Below are positions 57,958 to 64,000 of a stretch of DNA of 64,000 nucleotides, piece after piece. The position numbers and the translations under genes were made by a program. A model generated the notes under the pieces. The model had not been told where the DNA came from. It ran no database searches and was given only the letters and a program-made list of their open reading frames with translations. The stretch spans positions 608,001 to 672,000 of the forward strand of contig CAXXRD010000002.1 of NCBI GenBank assembly GCA_963663895.2, read 5' to 3'. Source of the stretch: Dehalococcoidia bacterium. GTDB taxonomy: Bacteria; Chloroflexota; Dehalococcoidia; Bin125. Every line of letters begins with the position of its first letter. Position 1 is the first letter of the stretch.

Positions 57958-59052
57958 TTACGAGGTCCGCTTCAGCTCCTGCTGCTCGAGCCCCGGCTCC
58001 AGCGCGGGCTCGCCCCGCTCCGCCGCGGGGTTGGGCCGCAATTGGGAACGGTGGGCCGGCAGGGAGCGGGCCTCGCCGAAGGCGGCGCGTATGGCCTCCA
58101 CCAGGCCGGACTCGGCCAGGGTGCGGGCCGTGCGGATGCCGCTGGCCACGGCCTCGGCGTCGGCGCGGCCGTGGCCGATGAGCACGGCGCCATCGACCCC
58201 GAAGAGGGGGGCGCCGCCGATGCGCTGGTAGTTAAGCCGCGCCTTGAGCCCGTCGAAGGCGCCGCGCGCGACCCAGGCCCCCAGCTTGTAGTGGGGGCGG
58301 CTCATGAGGGACTCGCGGATCTCGCCGGCCAGCATGGCGGCGATCGCCTCCGCCACCTTGATGGCGACGTTGCCGGTGAAGCCGTCCGTGACCACGATGT
58401 CGGCGCCGCCGCCGACCAGCTCCTTGCCCTCCACGTTGCCGATGAAGTGGGTCTCCAGCTCCGAGAGCAGCTCGTGGGCGCGCTGGGCGCGCTGGTTGCC
58501 CTTGGCCCGCTCCTCGCCCACGTTGAGCAGCCCAACGCTGGGGTTGCCGTGGTGCAGCACGCGCTGGAAGTAGGCGCGGCCCATGGTGGCGAACTGGACG
58601 TAGTACTCGGGACGGCAATCGACGTTGACGCCCACGTCCAGCAGCAAGGTGCGCGAGCCGCGGGCGTTGCGGAAGATGGTGCCCAGGGCGGGCCGGTCGA
58701 CGCCGGCGATGCGGCCGAGCTGGCGCAGGCTGGCGGCCACGATGGCGCCGGTGTTGCCGAAGGAGACGAAGGCGTCGGCCTCGCCGCGCTGCACGCATGC
58801 CAGGCCCACCATGATCGAGGAATGGGGCTTGCTGCGGATGGTGGCCGAGGCGGATTCGTCCATCGCCACGGCGTCGGGGGCGTCCACGAAGCGCAGGTTG
58901 GCGGGAACGGTGGGAAGAAGGGGGCGCAGCTCGTCGCGGCGGCCGACCAGCAGGATCCGCAGGGCCGGATCGCGGGCGGCGCTCAGCGCCCCCTGCACGA
59001 CGGCCGCCGGGGCGTTGTCGCCGCCCATCGCGTCGACCGCAATGGTGGTCAT
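57958..59052 (-). CDS. plsX: Phosphate acyltransferase PlsX
   Basis: [37 protein letters not shown]. Confidence 0.95.
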   Translation of the reverse strand: MTTIAVDAMGGDNAPAAVVQGALSAARDPALRILLVGRRDELRPLLPTVPANLRFVDAPDAVAMDESASATIRSKPHSSIMVGLACVQRGEADAFVSFGNTGAIVAASLRQLGRIAGVDRPALGTIFRNARGSRTLLLDVGVNVDCRPEYYVQFATMGRAYFQRVLHHGNPSVGLLNVGEERAKGNQRAQRAHELLSELETHFIGNVEGKELVGGGADIVVTDGFTGNVAIKVAEAIAAMLAGEIRESLMSRPHYKLGAWVARGAFDGLKARLNYQRIGGAPLFGVDGAVLIGHGRADAEAVASGIRTARTLAESGLVEAIRAAFGEARSLPAHRSQLRPNPAAERGEPALEPGLEQQELKRTS

Positions 59053-59080
59053 GGACGCTCCGTTCTCCCGCCGCGCGCGG

Positions 59081-60382
59081 CTAGGGCGCCGATCCGTCGT
59101 CGCTGGTGCAGCGGAACGCGTCGAGCGTGGGCTGCACCATGGCGCGCACATCGTCGCGGCTGAGGGATTGTAGGACGAACGATCGGCCGCTGTCTTGGCA
59201 GTACCAGGCGTAGAGGCCCACCTGAGCGGTGAGTCCCCCCTGGAGCACCGCGTCGAAGACGGCGAAGCGGCCGCTGGCGTCCCGCAGCCGCAGATCGGCG
59301 CGCTCCAGCTCGCGGGCCTCGACGGCGGAGTTGACCAGCCCCTCTTCCAGCATCCCGATCGCCTCGTCCGGGTCGAAGAACTCCTCGCCGATCGTCTCCC
59401 AGCGCAGGAGCATCTCCAAGAGGCCGTCCAGGGCGCGCTGCTCGAAGAGGCCGATGTCGAAGGTCGGGAGCGGCGTGCCCAGTTCGGTCGTGACGGAGCG
59501 GTGGTCGTAGAGGAAGACGAAGCCGAAGCGCGTATACCGGCCCGGAAGGCTGGGCGGGTTGGGGCTGGCGATGAAGGAATCGAGGGCGGCCTGGAGGTCG
59601 GCCTCGACGGCGGGCAGCTCTTCGGCGGAGGCGCCGGTCTCGATGAAGTAGGCCAGCGGGCCGACCCGCACGAGCAGCGAGCGGATCTGCAAGAGGTCGC
59701 CGCCGAGGGCGCGCCGGTCGACTTCCCACGCGATCAGGCGCGCCGGCGTCTGGCCGTCCGAGGGAAGGGCCGCGTCCTCGCGGCTGAGAACATTGAAACC
59801 CGGGGCGGCGCCGCGCTGCCGATCCCATTCCGCTTCCAGCGCGGGCAGCCCCGCCTCAAGGCCCAGCAGCAGCGGGTTCAGGACGGAGATATCGATGAAG
59901 GCGCGGCCGCTGTCGGAGACGAACAGGATGCGGTCGAGACCGGTGGTATCGACGCTGCAGAAGGCGCCGCAGACGAGATCGAGGCTGAAGCGGTAGGCGT
60001 CGTTGAGATAGCGGCGGATGACGTTGTCGGCGAGATCGATCTCGTCGAAGCTGCCAAGGTCATCGAGCTCGCCGGGCGGACTGGAGTCGGACGGGGGAGG
60101 AGAATCGGACGGCGCCGGAACGGGAGCGGCCTCCTCTGCGCCGCTATCGTCCTCCTCCGCGGCAGCATCCTCCTCGCCGGCAGCGGCCGCATCGCCGGCG
60201 GGCGGCGTCTCGCTGTCGGGCGGCGCGGTGCGGATGAACTCGTCCGCTTCGACCGTCTCGTTGGGGTTGCCGCCGCAGGCCGCCAGGGTCACGACGCCGG
60301 CGAGCGCCAGCAGCGCGAGCCATCCCGCCAGCCGCGGGAAGCAGCGAATGCCGCGCGGCCGGCCGGCGCACCTGTCGTTCAT
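59081..60382 (-). CDS. Putative lipoprotein, unknown function
   Basis: Hydrophobic leader ending LAAC-GG, acidic Pro-rich linker, globular C-terminal part. Confidence 0.7.
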   Translation of the reverse strand: MNDRCAGRPRGIRCFPRLAGWLALLALAGVVTLAACGGNPNETVEADEFIRTAPPDSETPPAGDAAAAGEEDAAAEEDDSGAEEAAPVPAPSDSPPPSDSSPPGELDDLGSFDEIDLADNVIRRYLNDAYRFSLDLVCGAFCSVDTTGLDRILFVSDSGRAFIDISVLNPLLLGLEAGLPALEAEWDRQRGAAPGFNVLSREDAALPSDGQTPARLIAWEVDRRALGGDLLQIRSLLVRVGPLAYFIETGASAEELPAVEADLQAALDSFIASPNPPSLPGRYTRFGFVFLYDHRSVTTELGTPLPTFDIGLFEQRALDGLLEMLLRWETIGEEFFDPDEAIGMLEEGLVNSAVEARELERADLRLRDASGRFAVFDAVLQGGLTAQVGLYAWYCQDSGRSFVLQSLSRDDVRAMVQPTLDAFRCTSDDGSAP

Positions 60383-60485
60383 CCCATCATCTTATCGCCC
60401 TCCTCCGCAAGCGGCCCGGCGCAAATTGACGGGCCGGATCAGCGTCCATAGCCTGTTGCGGGCCTGTGGTCGGCCCGGGGCGAGG

Positions 60486-61016
60486 ATGCACGACGAACTC
60501 AGGGTCTTGATCCGCGACGTACCGGACTTTCCCCAGCCGGGGATCCTGTTCCGCGACATCACGCCGTTGCTCGCGGACGCGGCCGCGCTGCGCACGGTGC
60601 TGGATTGGCTGGCCGCGACCTACCGCGAGGCGCGGCTGGACGCGGTGGTCGGCATCGAGTCGCGCGGGTTCATCTTCGGGGCGCCGCTGGCGGAGCGGCT
60701 GGGGATCGGCTTCGTGCCCGTGCGGAAGCCGGGCAAGCTCCCGGCCCAACGGCACGTTGAAGAGTACGCCCTGGAGTACGGGACGAGCGCCCTGGAGATC
60801 CACCAGGACGCGCTGCGATCCGGCCAGCGCGTCGTGATCGTCGACGATCTGCTCGCCACGGGCGGCACGGCCTCGGCGGCCTGCAAGCTGGTGGAGCTGA
60901 CGGGGGCCGAGGTCCACGCGCTGGCCTTCCTGATCGAGCTGGGCGCGCTCCAGGGCCGGGCGCGGCTGCGGCACTATCACCTGGACGTGCTCCTGCGATA
61001 CGACGAGGACGCTTAG
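60486..61016 (+). CDS. apt: Adenine phosphoribosyltransferase
   Basis: PDFPQPGILFRDIT, GIESRGF, RKPGKLP, LEYG, VDDLLATGGT. Confidence 0.96.
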   Translation: MHDELRVLIRDVPDFPQPGILFRDITPLLADAAALRTVLDWLAATYREARLDAVVGIESRGFIFGAPLAERLGIGFVPVRKPGKLPAQRHVEEYALEYGTSALEIHQDALRSGQRVVIVDDLLATGGTASAACKLVELTGAEVHALAFLIELGALQGRARLRHYHLDVLLRYDEDA

Positions 61017-61048
61017 CAGCCTCCCGGCCGGCGGCGGGGCGGGGCCGC

Positions 61049-61077
61049 TTGACGGCTGCCGGAAGCGGCCATACGGT
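61049..61077 (+). promoter_or_regulatory. Sigma70-type promoter upstream of the SAM riboswitch (TTGACG-17-TACGGT)
   Basis: Canonical 17-bp spacing, ~20 nt upstream of riboswitch P1. Confidence 0.55.
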
Positions 61078-61097
61078 CGCAGCACCGATCGATCGCG

Positions 61098-61209
61098 GCT
61101 TTCATCGCGAGTGGTGGAGGGATCTCCGGCCTAACGAAGCCCGGCAACCGGCCGGCCGCCGACCGGCACGGTGCCAAGTCCGGCAGACTCGACGTCTGAG
61201 GATGAAAGC
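61098..61209 (+). ncRNA. SAM-I (S-box) riboswitch
   Basis: P1 GCTTTCATC/GATGAAAGC, GAG-TGGTGGAGGGA..GGCC..CGAAGCC, GGCAACC, GGTGCCAAGTCC, CAG..CTG; upstream of methionine-salvage genes. Confidence 0.92.
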
Positions 61210-61281
61210 GGTGCGCGGGCATTCCCAGCCACCGCGGAGTGCCTGAATTCATTGCCAACCGAGGAGATCTCCGGAGAGGGA

Positions 61282-62325
61282 TTGCCGCCGACCATCGAGT
61301 GGCGGGCCGGCCGGGTGCGCTTCCTCGATCAAACCGCGCTGCCCGGAGCGGTACGGTTTATCGAGACCAGCGACCCCAGCACGATCGCGGAAGCGATCCG
61401 AACGCTGCGGGTGCGGGGCGCGCCGGCCATCGGCATCGCCGCGGCCTACGCCCTGGCCGCCGCCGCCTGGACGGGACCGGACGACCCCGCCGCGCTGCGG
61501 CGGCGGCTGGCGGAGACGGCGGCCCAGCTCCGAGCCACGCGACCGACGGCGGTGAACCTGGCGTGGGCGATCGAGCGGACGCTGCGCGCCACCCAGGAGG
61601 CGAGCAGCGGGCAAGCCTTGCGGCGCGCGGCGCTGGCGGAGGCGGAGGCGATTCACGCGGAGGACGTGGCGGCCAATCACCGCATCGGCGAGCTGGGAGC
61701 AGACCTGCTGCCGGATCGCGGCGGCGTCCTGACGCATTGCAACGCCGGCGCGCTGGCGACGGGCGGATACGGTACGGCGCTGGGGGTGCTGCGCGCGGCC
61801 CGCAGCAGCGGCAAGTCGCACACCGTCTTCGTGAGTGAAAGCCGTCCCCTGCTCCAAGGCGCCCGCCTCACGACCTGGGAGTTGTTGCAGGAGGGGTTCC
61901 GTGTGAAGCTTCTCAGTGACGCAGCGGCCGCGAGTCTGTTCGCGCGGAGGGAGTTGGCCGCGGTGATCGTCGGTGCGGACCGCATTGCGGCGAACGGGGA
62001 TGTCGCGAATAAGGTGGGAACGTACGGGCTCGCCCTGATGGCGGAGGCGCACGGCGTGCCATTCTACGTCGCGGCGCCTTGGAGCACGGTGGACCTCGAC
62101 ACGCCGAGCGGCGACGCGATCCCGATCGAGCAGCGCGGCGCCACGGAAGTGACTTGCTTCGCCGGCATCCGCACGGCGCCGGCCGAGGTTTCCGTGGAGA
62201 ATCCCGCCTTCGACGTCACCCCGGCCAGGCTGGTGCGCGCGATCGTGACGGAGCGCGGCCTGCACCGGGCGCCCCATGGCGCGTCCCTGCGCGCCGCCGC
62301 GCGGGAGAGGGCGTTGCATGTCTAG
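61282..62325 (+). CDS. mtnA: S-methyl-5-thioribose-1-phosphate isomerase
   Basis: LDQTALP, VRGAPAIG, RPTAVNL, THCNAG.LAT, GADRI, ANKVGT, NPAFDVTP; TTG start 61282 after GGAGAGGG. Confidence 0.95.
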   Translation: MPPTIEWRAGRVRFLDQTALPGAVRFIETSDPSTIAEAIRTLRVRGAPAIGIAAAYALAAAAWTGPDDPAALRRRLAETAAQLRATRPTAVNLAWAIERTLRATQEASSGQALRRAALAEAEAIHAEDVAANHRIGELGADLLPDRGGVLTHCNAGALATGGYGTALGVLRAARSSGKSHTVFVSESRPLLQGARLTTWELLQEGFRVKLLSDAAAASLFARRELAAVIVGADRIAANGDVANKVGTYGLALMAEAHGVPFYVAAPWSTVDLDTPSGDAIPIEQRGATEVTCFAGIRTAPAEVSVENPAFDVTPARLVRAIVTERGLHRAPHGASLRAAARERALHV

Positions 62326-63199
62326 CGGCGCCGTCCCTGCCGCGCGTCTGGCGGTGATCGGTGGCTCGGGCTTTTACGACATGGCGGAGCTGACGGAGCG
62401 GGAGGAATGGAACCCCGAGACGCCGTTCGGCCAGCCGAGCGACGCCATCGTCATCGGCACGCTCCACGGCGAGCGCGTGGCGTTCTTGCCCCGGCACGGA
62501 CGCGGGCACCGGCTGCTCCCGCAAGAGATCCCCGCGCGGGCCAACCTGTGGGCGCTGAAGTCGCTGGGGGTGGAGGGGATCATCGCGGTGAGCGCGGTGG
62601 GATCGCTGCAAGAAGCGATCGCCCCAAGAGATATGGTGGTCCCGGATCAGATCATCGACCGTACGCGGCACGCGCGACCGACGAGCTTCTTCGGCAACGG
62701 GATCGTGGCGCACGTGGGCTTCGCCGACCCGTTCTGCCCCGATCTCAGCGAGCGGCTGGCGGCGGGCGGGGAGGCGCGGGGCCAACGCCTGCATCGCGGG
62801 GGCTGCTACGTGTGTATGGAGGGCCCGCTATTCTCGACGCGCGCGGAGTCCCACCTGTACCGGTCGTGGGGCGCGTCCATCATCGGGATGACGGTGATCC
62901 CCGAGGCGAAACTGGCGCGTGAGGCCGAGATCGCCTACGCCATGCTCGCGACCGCGACCGACTACGACGTCTGGCGTGAAGGAGAAGAGGACGTGAGCGC
63001 CGACATGGTGGTCCGCAACCTCCGCGCGAACGTCGAGAGCGCCCAGCAGATCGTGGCGGGCGTGATCGCCGGGCTCCCCGCCGACTGGCGCAGCACGGCC
63101 CGGGGCGCGTTGGCGGCGGCGATCGTCACGGAGCGGGAGCGGATTCCGGAGCAGACCAAGCGGGACCTCGCCCCGATCATCGGCGGGTACCTGTCATGA
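62318..63199 (+). CDS. mtnP: S-methyl-5'-thioadenosine phosphorylase
   Basis: IGGSG, TPFG.PS, FLPRHG, EGP.FSTRAES, PEAKLAREAE, TDYD. Confidence 0.94.
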   Translation: MSSGAVPAARLAVIGGSGFYDMAELTEREEWNPETPFGQPSDAIVIGTLHGERVAFLPRHGRGHRLLPQEIPARANLWALKSLGVEGIIAVSAVGSLQEAIAPRDMVVPDQIIDRTRHARPTSFFGNGIVAHVGFADPFCPDLSERLAAGGEARGQRLHRGGCYVCMEGPLFSTRAESHLYRSWGASIIGMTVIPEAKLAREAEIAYAMLATATDYDVWREGEEDVSADMVVRNLRANVESAQQIVAGVIAGLPADWRSTARGALAAAIVTERERIPEQTKRDLAPIIGGYLS

Positions 63200-64000
63200 C
63201 CGACGCGTTCCGGCTCCGCGCAAGCGTCGATCGGCAGGCCTATCTGATCGCGCGAGAGCGCGAGCCGGCCGCCGTCGCCGCCCTGCTGAACCGGGAGCGG
63301 TTCATCGCCGCCTACGCCCTCGCCCAACTGGAGCCGGACGCGCTCCCGCGCGCGGAATACTGGATCTGCATGACACCCAAGGGCACGGCCGTCGTCTGTC
63401 ATTCGCGGGCGGGGCTGGGCGACGCCACCGTCGTCCTGGGCCCCAGCGACGCCGTGACGGCGATCCTGTCGGTGCATCCCGGGCCGCAGCAAACGTTCGC
63501 GACCGCCGACCCCGAGCATCTGCCGGGGCTCGACGAGGCCTACTACATCGCGGAGCAGCGGATCATGTGGCGGATGCATCTGACCGCGGCGACGTTCACA
63601 GCCAAAGGAAACCGAGCGGTCCGCCTGCAGGGGAATCAGGTCCGCGCCTTGAACCAGCTCTACGGCAGTGAAGGCGCGCCGACCTCCTATCGCGCCCGGC
63701 ACATCGACGGCGGTTGCTACTACGGCGTCGTCGACGCGGGACGGCTGGTGGCGGCGGCAGGCACGCACGCGATCAGCCCGACCTACGGGATCGCCGTGGT
63801 CGGCAACGTGTTCACCCACCCGCAATACCGAGGCCGGGGACTGGCGACCGAGACGACGAGCGCCGTGGTGGCGGCGCTGTTGCCGCACTGCGACGACATC
63901 GTCCTCTCGATGGACCCCACGAACACGCCGGCGGTGAAAGCGTACGAGGCGCTGGGCTTCCGCGCGGTGGGCGAGATCGTCGAGGCGGCTGCGTGGCGCC
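63196..64000 (+). CDS. GNAT family N-acetyltransferase (3' end beyond window)
   Basis: ATG overlaps mtnP stop; VGNVFTHPQYRGRGLA and NTPAVKAYEALGF motifs; absent from ORF track because no stop in window. Confidence 0.88.
   Translation, partial: MTDAFRLRASVDRQAYLIAREREPAAVAALLNRERFIAAYALAQLEPDALPRAEYWICMTPKGTAVVCHSRAGLGDATVVLGPSDAVTAILSVHPGPQQTFATADPEHLPGLDEAYYIAEQRIMWRMHLTAATFTAKGNRAVRLQGNQVRALNQLYGSEGAPTSYRARHIDGGCYYGVVDAGRLVAAAGTHAISPTYGIAVVGNVFTHPQYRGRGLATETTSAVVAALLPHCDDIVLSMDPTNTPAVKAYEALGFRAVGEIVEAAAWR

Noticed and set aside
61171-61281. N-terminal extension of MtnA given by the ORF track
   Set aside because: It overlaps the SAM-I aptamer and expression platform; a better RBS and start lie at 61282.

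Overview
High-GC bacterial chromosome segment, most consistent with a Chloroflexota (Dehalococcoidia-like) genome. Support for this: GAAC-N4-GTTC SOS box, ThyX, several LLM/F420-type oxidoreductases, and a secreted plant-type LRR protein of the kind common in sponge symbionts. The taxonomy is inference. Most of the window is housekeeping or catabolic: tandem PMM/PGM genes, amidases, ilvD, thyX, an acetoin-dehydrogenase-like cluster with two E1-beta genes, lexA, holA, trxA, plsX, apt and a SAM-I-riboswitch-controlled mtnA-mtnP operon. The standout is a ~9.6 kb island (47.6-57.25 kb) next to the 3' end of a tRNA-Sec (selC) gene. It encodes an Eco57I/type IIG-like N6-adenine methyltransferase and a PLD-nuclease/SNF2-helicase. 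The methyltransferase is cleanly split by a 2572-bp IS1595-family element with perfect 23-bp TIRs and an 8-bp TSD (AATCCAAG). That element carries three cargo genes behind a predicted promoter: a Cys-rich lipoprotein, an unannotated 31-aa basic micropeptide, and a KilA-N protein whose C-terminus resembles the BstA abortive-infection family. It may be a small defence transposon that has knocked out another defence gene. Also notable: a secreted metallopeptidase gene interrupted by one in-frame TGA, a non-canonical (7+5 bp, bulged) tRNA-Sec acceptor/T arm, and a Rex/CRP-type operator upstream of a small Zn-finger gene.
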